From assembly GCA_029953675.1 (NCBI GenBank), contig JAMWBK010000008.1:2046001-2110000 (forward strand): 64,000 nucleotides of DNA. Direction: 5' to 3'. Position 1 is the first letter of the stretch. Each line of letters opens with the position of its first letter. The translations under genes and the position numbers were made by a program. This DNA is from Rhodosorus marinus CCMP1338 (Eukaryota > Plantae > Rhodophyta). Below are positions 33,247 to 44,226 of this stretch, piece after piece. The notes beneath the pieces were generated by a model. The model did not search any database. It was not told where the DNA came from and worked only from the letters and a program-made list of their open reading frames with translations.

Positions 33247-36200
33247 ATGGCGGCGAGGACCAGGGGGAGTGTAGCAGAACATGACGCGCACCTGAAGGAC
33301 TTCGCGCTACCGTCAGTGTTCACCGGGGATCAGGATTCGTTCCGATCCTTCCGGAACTGGAGACACCAGGTAGAGTGCTACCTGACCGTCAAAGGTCTTA
33401 GGGATGTAATCGACAACCCTATAGACGCGACGGAAGCGGAGAGACAGTATGTCTCCGCGGTGTTCTCCAGAGTGCTGGATGGGCCGGCGCTGGACACAGC
33501 CTTTGCCTCTTCGAGAGAGGCAGCGCCAGAGCAAGTATGGGCGGCGCTTCGGGCTAGATATGAGCCCTCCTCCCGCGAGACGGCCGACAGCGTATGGGGT
33601 AAGGTGTATCGGCGCGAGATGCACACCAACGAGTCGCCCCGCTCTCTGGTGAACTGGCTACAAACCCAGTTTGCAGAGATCAGGGAGATAACGGGCGTGG
33701 CACCCACGGATGAAGAAAAACGTCGGGTCCTCCGGAAGATTTTGGAGGTGAGGGGCGACGAGTACGCGGAGTTCCTATTCTACGCGGCGAAGGATAAAAC
33801 TTTAGACTGGACGGGCTTCTGTAATGACTTCGAGGAGCTGGACCGACTTCGAGGATCCAAGCAATTCAAGCCTAAAACGGATTACAGCGCGCAACACGTC
33901 ACAACGGTGCAGAAGAAGAAGAAGAAGAAGACCCCCAGGGGATTTCTGTGTTACGGGTGCAAGAAACCCGGACACATCCGAGCCAACTGTCCTGAAGAGC
34001 AGGACAAGGAGGAAAATAGGCCGGAACCGCGAAGATTCCACGCAGGAATGACGGCGGTCAGAGCTCCAGCGAGGTTCGTGCTGGACTCTGGGGCAACGGA
34101 TCACATCTGCACTTCGGAGAGTGCATTCTCAGGTCCCACAAGGATGGTTGACAGTGACGTCACATTCGGGGACGGGACAACGAAGACACTCGGCAAGATG
34201 GGTACGGTCGATCTGAAGACGCTAAAAGGAGATATGTTGTCGCTGAAGGACACTATCTACCTTCCAGGCGGCTCATTGAATGTAGTCAGTCTTAGTAGAT
34301 TAATGGAAAACGGTTTCTCCATTAGATCTTTAGATGGAAAAACATTGACCATAGAAAAGGACGGTATCCAAGTTTTTAAAGCTACCGCCAAGTCTGGTCT
34401 TCTTTATACTGATTTGGAAATGAACCGGGACAGCAGACCAAAGACAGCAGCGCTATCGTTCCGCAGCAACGAAGACACGGATGCCATGGGTTGGCACAGG
34501 CGACTAGGACATCCTAGTGCCGGAGCTGTGAGGCAATTAGAAAAGAACGGCGAGATTCGCGTCAGCGACAAAGTACCAGAAAGGTTCGAGTGCACCAGCT
34601 GTGAAAAGGCCAAGATGACCGCAACGGGTGGAAGTGGACCACTCAGGAAGGCAACGATGCATGGCGAGTGCATCCACAGTGATATAGCGGGACCGTACCC
34701 AGAAGGAAGGGGAGGCCTGAAGTATATCGGCATTTTTGTGGACGAGGCGACGGGAATGCTGGGGGCGTACCCCCTGGAGCATAGAAGTTTGATAGATGAG
34801 GCTTTTCGGGAGCACGTTATGATTATGAAAACGCAACACGGAGCGAACGTGAAGAAACTGAAAAGCGACAACGCCCTGGAATACAAAGGCATGAAGCCGC
34901 TACTGCGTGACTTAGGCATTGGGTGGGATCCCTCTGCGCCATATACACCGTCTGGCAACGGGATGGCGGAGCGCATGGTCCGCACAGTCAAGGAGAGACT
35001 TAGAGCGAAGCTGTTTGGAAGCGGGTTGCCGGAAAACATGTGGCCGGAGGCATTACCAGTGGTGGTTGACAACATCAACCGAACGCCACGGAGTTTTCTA
35101 AGAGGAAAAAGCCCGGTGGAGTCAGTCACCATGAAGAAACCAGCAATGAGAGAGATATTCCCATTTGGCTGCGAAATCACTTACAAACGAGCTGGACCCG
35201 GAAAGCTGGGGAATTTGGAGAGCCGGTCGGCCAAGGGGATCCTCATGTGTGTTCGAGATTCCCATGTGGCACGCATCTACGACCCCGCGAATGGTGGATT
35301 CAGGGAATCACGACACTGGCGGGTGTTTGAGAACGTTTTCCCTGCAAAGGAGATGAGTGTCAACGGACTTGAAAGGGAGCAACGGAACCAGAGAGAGGTG
35401 TCCGTGAACTTGATGCGCAAAGGAGATTCGCTATATGACGTACCAGATCCGGAATCATGGAGTGAGGCGATGAATGGAGCATACGCGGAAGATTGGAAGC
35501 GCGCCGCATCGGAGGAGCTCGGCTCACTACGAGCAAATCAAACGTGGGAACTGATACCACGGGAAGAGGTCCCTAAGTCTGCGAGAATACTAGGGTCTAG
35601 ACTGATTCTCAAGGTGAAAAGAAACGGAGATGGATCAGTCCAACGTTTCAAGGCTCGACTTGTTGCGAGAGGTTTCGCACAAAGACAAGGGATCGACTAT
35701 GAGGAGGTATTCGCTCCTACAGTCGACTTCTCCAGCGTTCGAGTGCTCCTGACTATAGCAGCTGTGGAAAATCACGAAGTGGAGCAAGCTGATGTGAAAA
35801 CAGCGTACCTGAACGCGAGTTTGAACGAGGACCTCTATATGATGCAACCGCGAGGCCTGGAGGAGCCGGGAAGAGCGGAGCACGTGTGCCGCCTACGAAG
35901 AAGTATATACGGTTTGAAACAAGCGGGAAGAGAACGGCACAAGAAGCTCAGCAAAGACCTCGTCGCAGAAGGATTTCATAAACTACGTACCGAGAGTTGC
36001 GTCTACCGCAGAGAGAAGTGCCTGATCGCGGTATACGTGGATGATATGCTAATCATCGGGAGCCGTACGGAGGTGGAGACGGCGAAGCTGATGTTGTCCA
36101 ACTTATACGACATCAAACACCTAGGAGAGGCACGAGATTTCCTTGGTGTGAGAATCGAGCGAGACAGGAGGAAACAGGAAATCTACCTCTCGCAGGGAGA

Positions 36201-37032
36201 TTACATCCGTAAACTTACCACGACATACGGATTGAAGGGCTGCCGCACCATATCCACGCCATGCACCGTCACACCTTCTACTAAAGAGACATCGATGGAA
36301 ATGACCACATCACCATTTCAGGAGCTAACTGGATCCCTCCTTTTCCTAAGTACCAGAACGCGACCAGATATAAGTTTTGCAGTTGGCCAGATCGCGCGAA
36401 AAATGTCAGATTATCGACTTGGAGATTTTGAAAGAGCGCGGCGGATCCTGAGATATTTGGCGGGAACACAAGGCAAAGTCATGAAATTGGGCGGTGTTTC
36501 GAAAGTGGCTCCAGATGGCGAAGAACCGCCGCAGGATGGCGAACAGGGGGGATTCAGATATCAAGTTACCGGATATTCAGACGCGAGCTGGGCAAGCCAC
36601 GAAGACAGCAAGAGCACTACAGGGTCACTGATAATGATCAACGGATCGCCGGTGGCGTATAGGTCGTGGAAGCAGAGGGCCGTTGCTCAGTCGACGGCGG
36701 AAGCAGAATACCAGGCGTTAGGGGATATGTTGACGACCCAACGGTGGGTTCAGGAGCTCATCACTGAGACCGGGAGGAATACAAGCATGCCATTGGTGGC
36801 GTACACAGACAATGTGTCGTGTTTGCGATGGGCGACATCTGAAGATAGCAGGATGTCGCGTCACGTATCTGTTAAGCTGCAATACGCCCGTGAGAGATGC
36901 ACATCGGAAGAAGTGCAGCTAAGGTATCTGAGCACCGATGAGATGACAGCAGATATGCTAACCAAGGCGCTCACGAAGGAAAGGATGATGGCCCTTACAC
37001 CTGGCCTGGGTGTTGTAGATCGACCATCCTAG
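33247..37032 (+). CDS. Copia gag-pol polyprotein, 1261 aa from the first ATG
   Basis: Zn knuckle CYGCKKPGHIRANC; protease VLDSGAT; WHRRLGH..C..C; integrase HSDIAG...SDN...AER; RT KARLVARG, DVKTAYL, YVDD; RNase H YSDASWA...EAEY...DN...ADMLTK. Confidence 0.96.
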   Translation: MAARTRGSVAEHDAHLKDFALPSVFTGDQDSFRSFRNWRHQVECYLTVKGLRDVIDNPIDATEAERQYVSAVFSRVLDGPALDTAFASSREAAPEQVWAALRARYEPSSRETADSVWGKVYRREMHTNESPRSLVNWLQTQFAEIREITGVAPTDEEKRRVLRKILEVRGDEYAEFLFYAAKDKTLDWTGFCNDFEELDRLRGSKQFKPKTDYSAQHVTTVQKKKKKKTPRGFLCYGCKKPGHIRANCPEEQDKEENRPEPRRFHAGMTAVRAPARFVLDSGATDHICTSESAFSGPTRMVDSDVTFGDGTTKTLGKMGTVDLKTLKGDMLSLKDTIYLPGGSLNVVSLSRLMENGFSIRSLDGKTLTIEKDGIQVFKATAKSGLLYTDLEMNRDSRPKTAALSFRSNEDTDAMGWHRRLGHPSAGAVRQLEKNGEIRVSDKVPERFECTSCEKAKMTATGGSGPLRKATMHGECIHSDIAGPYPEGRGGLKYIGIFVDEATGMLGAYPLEHRSLIDEAFREHVMIMKTQHGANVKKLKSDNALEYKGMKPLLRDLGIGWDPSAPYTPSGNGMAERMVRTVKERLRAKLFGSGLPENMWPEALPVVVDNINRTPRSFLRGKSPVESVTMKKPAMREIFPFGCEITYKRAGPGKLGNLESRSAKGILMCVRDSHVARIYDPANGGFRESRHWRVFENVFPAKEMSVNGLEREQRNQREVSVNLMRKGDSLYDVPDPESWSEAMNGAYAEDWKRAASEELGSLRANQTWELIPREEVPKSARILGSRLILKVKRNGDGSVQRFKARLVARGFAQRQGIDYEEVFAPTVDFSSVRVLLTIAAVENHEVEQADVKTAYLNASLNEDLYMMQPRGLEEPGRAEHVCRLRRSIYGLKQAGRERHKKLSKDLVAEGFHKLRTESCVYRREKCLIAVYVDDMLIIGSRTEVETAKLMLSNLYDIKHLGEARDFLGVRIERDRRKQEIYLSQGDYIRKLTTTYGLKGCRTISTPCTVTPSTKETSMEMTTSPFQELTGSLLFLSTRTRPDISFAVGQIARKMSDYRLGDFERARRILRYLAGTQGKVMKLGGVSKVAPDGEEPPQDGEQGGFRYQVTGYSDASWASHEDSKSTTGSLIMINGSPVAYRSWKQRAVAQSTAEAEYQALGDMLTTQRWVQELITETGRNTSMPLVAYTDNVSCLRWATSEDSRMSRHVSVKLQYARERCTSEEVQLRYLSTDEMTADMLTKALTKERMMALTPGLGVVDRPS

Positions 37033-37038
37033 TGGCAT

Positions 37039-37053
37039 GAGAGCGAGAGGGAG
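37039..37053 (+). promoter_or_regulatory. Polypurine tract
   Basis: gagagcgagagggag directly before the 3' LTR. Confidence 0.85.
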
Positions 37054-37353
37054 TGTTGAAACGGTCACGCGATGAACGGTGACGATACGCTCTCAGCATC
37101 TAGGAGGGTGATTCACACACGGTCACACATACGGTAGGACCGATGTGCGAACAGTATACGGTAGACAAACCATGTAGAGGTTCAAACAATTGAAGTAGTT
37201 TGAACAGTACAAGGTATCGATCTTTTGCACAGTATAGTGGGATACTTAAGTGGTAGATATCGAACGCAAGGGTCAGGGAAAACAATAAAGAAACTATCGA
37301 AGTTTGGCTGACGGGACTTTGGTCAAGGTTGGGAATCCTTGAAAATTCCAACA
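37054..37353 (+). repeat. 3' LTR (300 bp)
   Basis: Direct repeat of 32820-33119. Confidence 0.95.
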
Positions 37354-38427
37354 AATTCAAAAAGGAAGCCAATTCACAAGGACTGCTTACACTGACAGCG
37401 CTAGGAGCTACCTACAAGAACTAGCGTAAGTAAACTCCGTTTGTTTCCATAAATTCTCACGCAACCGATTATTCCAAAACTAAGCAACCGAGACTGACTC
37501 TATATCAAAGGAAACTTCTAAATGTAGTACAGATATCTTTATGTTGAAACGAAAAAAACCACCCCCCAACCAAATTTGTGATCTAAAAACTGTGGGAAAA
37601 ATAAGCTGCATATGTGTGTTTTAATCGGGGCACGCGCTCTGCAACCCCCCCCTCCCCCCCTTACAAGGAGATAAAAAGACTCGTCAAGTAAATGCGAAAA
37701 ATTTTGGTCGTACGCGTGGCCTTTTCCTATCATTGGGGCGCTGAGGGCCGCTGCAAGAAGTTTATTCAATCAAACTCAGGTTGATTGACTCTGATCATAG
37801 TGATCGATTTTTCAATGAGATGATTGGTTTTTTGGGACAGCTTTTTCTGTGCAGCCAGGTTCAAATGGCGACCCTTGGGTGGAAGAAGGGGATGCTCTAT
37901 GCTTTGGCCCTCGCCTTGCACCCATTGGTTGTTGAGTGCGGAGATTCATAGACTCTCTAGACTCTCTTTGCCAGAAGGGCGCCCTGATCACCGGCTCTCT
38001 TCTCTTACTCCGTTGAATTGTCATTGTTGGTGCATGAATGCCGTCTTTCTATTGGAGCACGTGTGACCCGCTTTCTCCTGAACCTGTGGGAGCTAACAGT
38101 GATGTTTTAGCTCACCCCGAAAGTTGAACGAACAAGCAGAGGGCTAAAGCGTTTTGTGGAAAACCGACCTCGCTGGCCGAAGGCTGAAAATTATCCCTCC
38201 GAGGAAAAAAGGTGTCGTTTGTTTAAAGAAAATTGTAGAGTAAGTTATTTTGCAACTCAGCACTGTTAACAAAAACTGAACACCGGATGAGGAAACCAAG
38301 GAGGCTACGGAGGTGTCTGCTGCAGCGGACTGACTCTACACGAAAGCTATCAAACCCTCGAGGGTGCCAGAATAGGACTACTGAAGGCGATCATGCGCCT
38401 CCAAAGGTGGTGGGCAGAGGTTGAATC

Positions 38428-38584
38428 GAATGAATGAATGGTTTAATCGGAGGCTGAAAAAAAAACCCCGAGGGGAAAAAAAGACTAAGCGCGGCGAAGT
38501 ACTCGCGCCTCCAACATCAAAGCGGCATTCATGCGCCACAGCAGGAAACTTAAGCGGGTAAACAACGATTGAAGACGGTCAGGG
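38428..38584 (-). mobile_element. 157-bp F3 3' fragment
   Basis: Matches the F3 terminus with a gaatgaatgaatg tail; TSD GAATC at 38423-38427 and 38585-38589. Confidence 0.88.
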
Positions 38585-39030
38585 GAATCAGAGCCAAATG
38601 ACCCTGTGGAGATGGTGCAACTAGCAGTATGAGACAAGGGGTGAGGGACTAGTGGATCCGCATGGGTAGCCAGGGCTAGATTTAATAGGCGGGGCTAAAC
38701 TATGTCTAGTTTAGTTGAGGTTAGCGGTGATTTACGCGGGTAAAAGTGAAAGATGCAGGAATGGTAAGGGCTAGGGTGGGGAATCTGAATGAGTACGTGA
38801 TCAGGCCGACAAGCAACTCCCTGTGAGTTTTGTGAGGAATAGATTTTGGGAACCGTTCCGGGAGACCTCTTGTAAGGCTATATAAGGCCACGCTAGAGCT
38901 GAACTGGTGTGGTTATTTGTTCGCAAGGTCATTGTAACCAGAGTGAGAAAGAGTAAGGAGTCTGAGATCGAGTTCTTAAAAACGTTGTAGCGGATCTGCG
39001 TTTTGACGGGTTTTGAGTTTGAAGAAGAAA

Positions 39031-41091
39031 ATGATGTGGCGAGGAGCACTTGTGGCAGTATGGATGTTGGGACTCATGGGTATGTGCTCAGGCATACCTG
39101 TCGTGGACCCAACGTTGAAATTTGCTGAGAGACAGACTTGCCCACTACAAGGAATTTTTCCGGCCACCGTAGAGACAACTCTAGGGTGTACCACGTTGGA
39201 TGAGCTTCAGAACAAGCTGGTCGAAACTGTGAACAGGGTCGAATTTAATACCGGGACTCAGGTAGTTGACGATCTGGTGGACGCTGTGATGAAGGAAGCT
39301 GTTGTCAACTTGATTGATCCGGCGAACACCAGTGCTGGCATATCAGAAGACCTCTTGGGAAGTCCCATGTGCCTCGGAGATTTTGATGGAATCGAGATTT
39401 CAGATGAGGTGCATCTTGTTGACAGCGGCTGCGACGTGCTCCCACTTGGGGAAGAGGAGAACTGGACGATGATGGCGTTCAACCTACCCGCGATCTCTTC
39501 TATCTGCCCCAATCTACCCAAGACAGAAAGGATGTCGATGTGCTTCGCTTTTAGCTTGGATTGCAACGACTTACCCAGCGTCTCGATTGCACTCAACAAT
39601 AACTTGATTTCGTGTCTTTTGGGGAGCAAAGCTGCTCTAGCAGCCACTGGTGGTGTCAGTGGCGTACTTGCTGTAGGCGCACAGGCCTTTTTGGATAGCG
39701 TGTCGGCGGGAGTCTCATTGAGCAACACCTTTACTGCTGATAGAGAGGTTTACACTGGAAGGAACGGAGTTGAGACGTTGGCCCTCAAGGGCATATATCA
39801 CGATCGACTTGAGATGGCGATTTCTCCTGATATCTTCAAACTTCCTGAGATCATCTCAATCGGCGGTCTCCTAGAAAGAGTTGTGTCAGCAGAGGGCTCC
39901 GAACAGTCGTTCACCAACAGAATCGCTGTTTTCCAACCTGGAAATGACGACATTGGACAGGATATCCTCAACAGCGCCAAAGGCCTCAACCTCTCGGTTT
40001 TCATGCGTGGACAAATCGAGTATGCGATAGAGTTAGAGGAGATCACCAAGAACGTGCTTCCTGACATTCCTACACAAGAACTGAGCGAGTTCTCGGCGTT
40101 TGCGACGAGCTTCGAGCAGACTACTGAGTTGGGGACACGGATGCTACCAGGATTCTATCTGGGTGCAAACGCGAGTAATCCGGCACTCCAGGTCATCAAA
40201 GAACTTGGGCCGGCCATCCTCGACGCTTTAGAGGCCCCGCTGTCCTTCATGAGCATTGTTCCTGGTCTAAACCTTGACAGTGAGGTAACAGAGCTGCTTG
40301 ATAATATCGATGAGTTAGACACCGACGCCCTTGAGTTCGGCCTGGCGCTGAGCACTGAGGAGGTGCAGATCATGTTTGCAGCTGCGCTGACGTCCGCCGT
40401 AAATTTGAAGATTGAGTGTGTCTACGACTATAGCCGGGACAAGTTCAGCTGCAAGGTCCATGCGGGATCTGTCATAACGTTCCTTTCGGCAGCAGTGGAG
40501 ATCATTGCAGGGAGAGCAGCTTGGATTATGCGGGAGACGTCCGACTTCTTCGAGTCAGCGGGCGAGGTGGTAGCAGCTTCCGTGGTCGATGGCGCGGGGA
40601 GTGCCATCGCATTCAGCAACAAGACTGTACAGAGCACTGCTGCATTTTTGGAAACAGTATTTGATGAACTCTCCTCGGAGCTCCAGTCGTGGGTTACCTC
40701 GGGTGTGGTTCTTTGTGGAACAGAGATTGTTGAGGATGCGTTACAGTGCGGATCAGAGATCGTTACTGACGGCCTCGAGTGTGGATTTGAATTGGTCACA
40801 TCTGCTGCTGAATGCGGAACTGAATTTGTGACGAGCGCAGTACAATGTGGTACGGAGGTCGTCACCAGCGGAGCTCAATGTGGTTTTGACACGATTACAA
40901 GCGCATCCATATGCGGAGTTGAGACCATTGTCGGCTGCGTCATTAGCCTCTTCAGGGATTGTAAGAAAGCCAAGACCTGCGATGTCCCCAGAACTTGCAG
41001 CGTTCCTAAGTCCTGCAACGTACCCAAGACTTGTAACATCGAAAAAACCTGTGAAATCCCCAATTCTTGTGAGGTTCCCGTTGCTTGCTAA
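39031..41091 (+). CDS. Intronless secreted protein, 686 aa, with periodic Cys repeats at the C-terminus
   Basis: ATG at 39031, signal-like MMWRGALVAVWMLGLMGMCSG, acidic body. Seven 11-aa CG-x9 repeats (Cys codons every 33 nt, 40714-40912) followed by 6-aa Cx(V/I)(P/E)xx repeats (Cys codons every 18 nt, 40978-41086). Confidence 0.88.
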   Translation: MMWRGALVAVWMLGLMGMCSGIPVVDPTLKFAERQTCPLQGIFPATVETTLGCTTLDELQNKLVETVNRVEFNTGTQVVDDLVDAVMKEAVVNLIDPANTSAGISEDLLGSPMCLGDFDGIEISDEVHLVDSGCDVLPLGEEENWTMMAFNLPAISSICPNLPKTERMSMCFAFSLDCNDLPSVSIALNNNLISCLLGSKAALAATGGVSGVLAVGAQAFLDSVSAGVSLSNTFTADREVYTGRNGVETLALKGIYHDRLEMAISPDIFKLPEIISIGGLLERVVSAEGSEQSFTNRIAVFQPGNDDIGQDILNSAKGLNLSVFMRGQIEYAIELEEITKNVLPDIPTQELSEFSAFATSFEQTTELGTRMLPGFYLGANASNPALQVIKELGPAILDALEAPLSFMSIVPGLNLDSEVTELLDNIDELDTDALEFGLALSTEEVQIMFAAALTSAVNLKIECVYDYSRDKFSCKVHAGSVITFLSAAVEIIAGRAAWIMRETSDFFESAGEVVAASVVDGAGSAIAFSNKTVQSTAAFLETVFDELSSELQSWVTSGVVLCGTEIVEDALQCGSEIVTDGLECGFELVTSAAECGTEFVTSAVQCGTEVVTSGAQCGFDTITSASICGVETIVGCVISLFRDCKKAKTCDVPRTCSVPKSCNVPKTCNIEKTCEIPNSCEVPVAC

Positions 41092-41289
41092 GCATAGCCT
41101 TGAATCCGCCTCCCCTTGGGGCAAAACATATCATGTCCTGTAGCTGATTCCATCGGAAATAAACAGTCGATCTTGATTCTAAGAGCAAGTGCCAATCCAA
41201 CCTCCTTCCCCTCATGTGGTTGATGGTTTTTACTAGCATAGCCTGATTCCCTGGTGCGCCGGATGCGATGTAGTGCGACTAGACACCAT

Positions 41290-41701
41290 TCGTTGGGGGA
41301 CATGCCCTGTGGCAAGCGCCCATATCACGGCTGCCGCCCCCCGCCGGGGAGCAGCTGCTTCTGCCCTTCGCCGAGTGAAGGAACGACGGTACGCTGAGAG
41401 TATGTCCAGTCTGCCTCGCGCTGAGGGTCGCTCCCATCGGTTCCAGCCTTTCATTGTGGAAAGCTTTGGTCAAGTGGAGAAGTCGGGTCTGAAGTGGTTG
41501 CGGAAATCCTTTACTGAGCACCCTGTTGAATACTTGGAACTTTTGCGGCGTTTAAGTGCCTCTCTGTGGAGATATTCGAGCAGCATACTTGCCGAGGCGC
41601 GCCATAGGCGCCAGGGTTTGCACGCTTCCTTACCTTGTTCTTAGTTCCCTTTCACGCCTTGCGTAGCGCTTCAGGCTATGCTAATAAACCCAATAAAGAC
41701 C
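41290..41701 (+). mobile_element. F2 3' fragment
   Basis: ORF 41273-41644 is the RLE C-terminus; ends tatgctaataaacccaataaagacc. Confidence 0.88.
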
Positions 41702-41944
41702 AGTGAGGGATACTCCAAGACAATTAAAAGAGGGAGTCACATACACGAAAGATTGTTTGCTCACGCCTTCTGTTCCAAGAGCTAAAATAAGAGGAAGAGA
41801 TACACGTGGTAGTGGTGGTTTACGTACATACACTTAGGCGCTACGCAGGATGAATTGCGAATCAGCAGCCTACTAGGGAACAAAAAGTATGCACGCCTTG
41901 GCAGAGGGTAGGACGCTTCCGTAGAAGACTGCCTCAAACTTTAC

Positions 41945-42240
41945 AATATGCGGGGGCTTTGTCTTCCTCGGGCATTCGTGCTTCTGCTCTAGCTCATTGC
42001 CTGGCACCTCTGGTCATTGAATGTTTGGGTTTCTGGGTTCTGTTGGTTCTCGTTGGCTTCTGGAGGTGTTCCGCGAACGCCCTGACCGTATCTCCTCGTT
42101 GTTTACCCGTTTAGATTTCTTGCTGTGGTGTATGGACGCTGTTTTGATATTTGCAGGGGCGCGAATCCTCGACGCGCTTATTTTTTTTTTTTTCTCTAGG
42201 GGTCTTTTCTTCAGCCTCCAATTGAACGAATTCCTTCACA
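41945..42240 (+). pseudogene. Decayed F3-like 3' end
   Basis: gcgggggctttgtcttcc...ttcagcctccaattgaacgaattc resembles the F3 terminus. Confidence 0.7.
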
Positions 42241-43846
42241 CCTCAATACAGGTAATTCCATCGTCATGCGCATTTCAATAAAAATGCGATTGCCATCCGC
42301 CGTTGTCCGTACACAACGTTCTCCAAAAAAAAAAAAAAAGGTTGCGGAAAAAGGTGGCCGTTCAACCAAACCCAAAACCGTTGGGGAAAAAAGGCCGTTC
42401 CAAAAAGAATTAGAATGTGTAGGTGCGTGAGAAACCTAAATGGGTTATAAAATATATGAATTCATATATATATGTATTGCTTTTCGAGATAATAAATGAT
42501 ATCGTCCGAATTTTATTTTCAGACGGTCCGCAGTCGCAATAAATTGCAATATATTAATTCATTAGTGCAAGAAAAGCCTCTCGCTCTTAAAGGGATAGCC
42601 AACGACGCCTCCGGAGTGCGTGGTTAGGTGCCTTTGGGGGGGAGGACGAGGAAGCAGATCAGCGTCGAACTACGAGGAAAAGAGGTGGGACAAACGTTCT
42701 CGCTCAAGTAAAGTTTTCTATAAAATTTTGAGGAGGATCTTACTACACAGAAGTCTCGGTTATGTTTTTTGGGACGCCATGAGCACTTGCAAGCAGCCAC
42801 TAGGCAAGCCCCTCCTCCACTCTCCCCTCCCAATCCGCTCCAAATCCGAAGGGGGGGGGGGAGACACCGATTTAGTGTTGTACTCGCTCGAGAATTTTAC
42901 AGTTTTTTTCATTTCTATCACTCTTTGCGTTTTTAAACACTTTTTAACACTTTTTATCGCTGTGCATCTAATGTCGACTGACTCTGGAATCATCCATTTA
43001 CGTAGACCGCATCCAAAAACACACTCCAAGAGCCTGTTCAGAATAGATAAAAAGACATGCAGAGGTTCCCAAGAGCGCGGGAAGTTCACATAGATTGTGT
43101 TATTGGTAATCATTGTCCTCAGACTCCCACGAGCTCCCAACCCAATATAGACAGTGGTTTCTGAGCTTTCTTAAAGCATTTTGCTCGGTCCATAGTGTTT
43201 TACGCTTTTTACACTTCTTACACTTTTTTACAATTGTTTTGCCCTTTTTTGCTTTTTTTGCGCTGGTTTTTTTTTTTGTGGTACCCCTGCATGTGGGTGT
43301 ACCGGCCAATTAATCCAAATGGTATTCCTAGTAAGAGCGCTTTATGGGAAAGCCGGCGAAGGATTTAATGCAACATTGTAGAATATTATTCTGACAGAGC
43401 CATATAGAATTAGCAACTTGTCAAAATGCCTTTAGTTCTGGTCGTTACCCAGGAGTGGTTGTCTCGAGCTCCATGGAGGCTCGCTCTACTTTCCGTAGAA
43501 GGCTGTTGAAGCTTGCCGATTCCATATCTTCCAGATCCTATGGATTGGGGTGTGCCCCGCCCGTGATTTCAGAAGTGATCATGAATGCAGGACACAGGAC
43601 GAGAGGAGCTGCTTGGCTTGCGCCAAGAAGTAATCATGATTCAATGGCTTGTCCGGAGATGATTGATTTTTGACTAATGTTGATTGATTATTGGACGATT
43701 TATCGGAGACCGTCATCGGAACCAACGGACCTCTGTTCTTGAAAACTTATCAGACGGTCCATGGCGAGCCCTAAAAAACTTCATCCAGTATAAGGGGGGT
43801 TTGCAGAGGTGAGAGGCGGTTGTTGTTTAGTTTTCTTCACTATCAC

Positions 43847-43959
43847 TAGGGTTGTGCCAAGTGGGTCGGGTTTTTCGCTGCTAACGACCGAGATGTGGTT
43901 AAACAGGAGGGTTTAGAGGGGTAAACAGCGAAAAACCCATCCCCCTGGGCACAACCCTA
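43847..43959. mobile_element. 113-bp MITE-like element
   Basis: 34-bp terminal inverted repeats starting TAGGGTTGTGCC (30/34 match); flanks CTATCAC and CTGTCAC are a probable 7-bp TSD with one mismatch. Confidence 0.7.
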
Positions 43960-44081
43960 CTGTCACCACTCACACCCCTCGTCAGACCCTAGCTCAGTCT
44001 CATCACCACTCTTCAAAAACGTCAACAGCAGGGGGGTGGGAAACAAAATCCTTGAGATAGCAATACTGTAGTCAGGACCCA

Positions 44082-44226
44082 GTTGAGTAAATGAATGAAT
44101 TTATTTAATTTAGATTGACGATCGTATTTTACAGTGTATTGGTGAGGTGTACAAATTGATTGTTTTGCCAAATGAAAATTAAAGAAAGAAAGAACTTGTT
44201 TAGAGAATGATTTTGTGGAGAGGATG
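44082..44226 (+). repeat. Left copy of a 145-bp direct repeat flanking an F3 insertion (right copy 45771-45915)
   Basis: gttgagtaaatgaatg...gtggagaggatg at both positions; one mismatch seen. Confidence 0.93.

Larger units (their letters stand above)
32820..37353 (+). mobile_element. Full-length Ty1/copia LTR retrotransposon
   Basis: TG...CA LTRs, 5-bp TSD AATTC (32815-32819 and 37354-37358), PBS, PPT and a single gag-pol ORF in copia order PR-IN-RT-RH. Confidence 0.97.

Noticed and set aside
37100-37372. ORFs antisense within the copia LTRs (also 32866-33120)
   Set aside because: Duplicated only because the LTRs are duplicated; no coding signal.
41089-41105. agcatagccttgaa right after the stop of the 686-aa gene, resembling an inverted F1/F2 terminus
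   Set aside because: Too short and imperfect, with no tail or TSD; could be chance.
42620-43320. Lys/Cys-rich ORF fragments (CKKCKK) suggesting a decayed DNA transposase
   Set aside because: Low complexity, several stops, and no DDE motif or TIR pair could be assigned.
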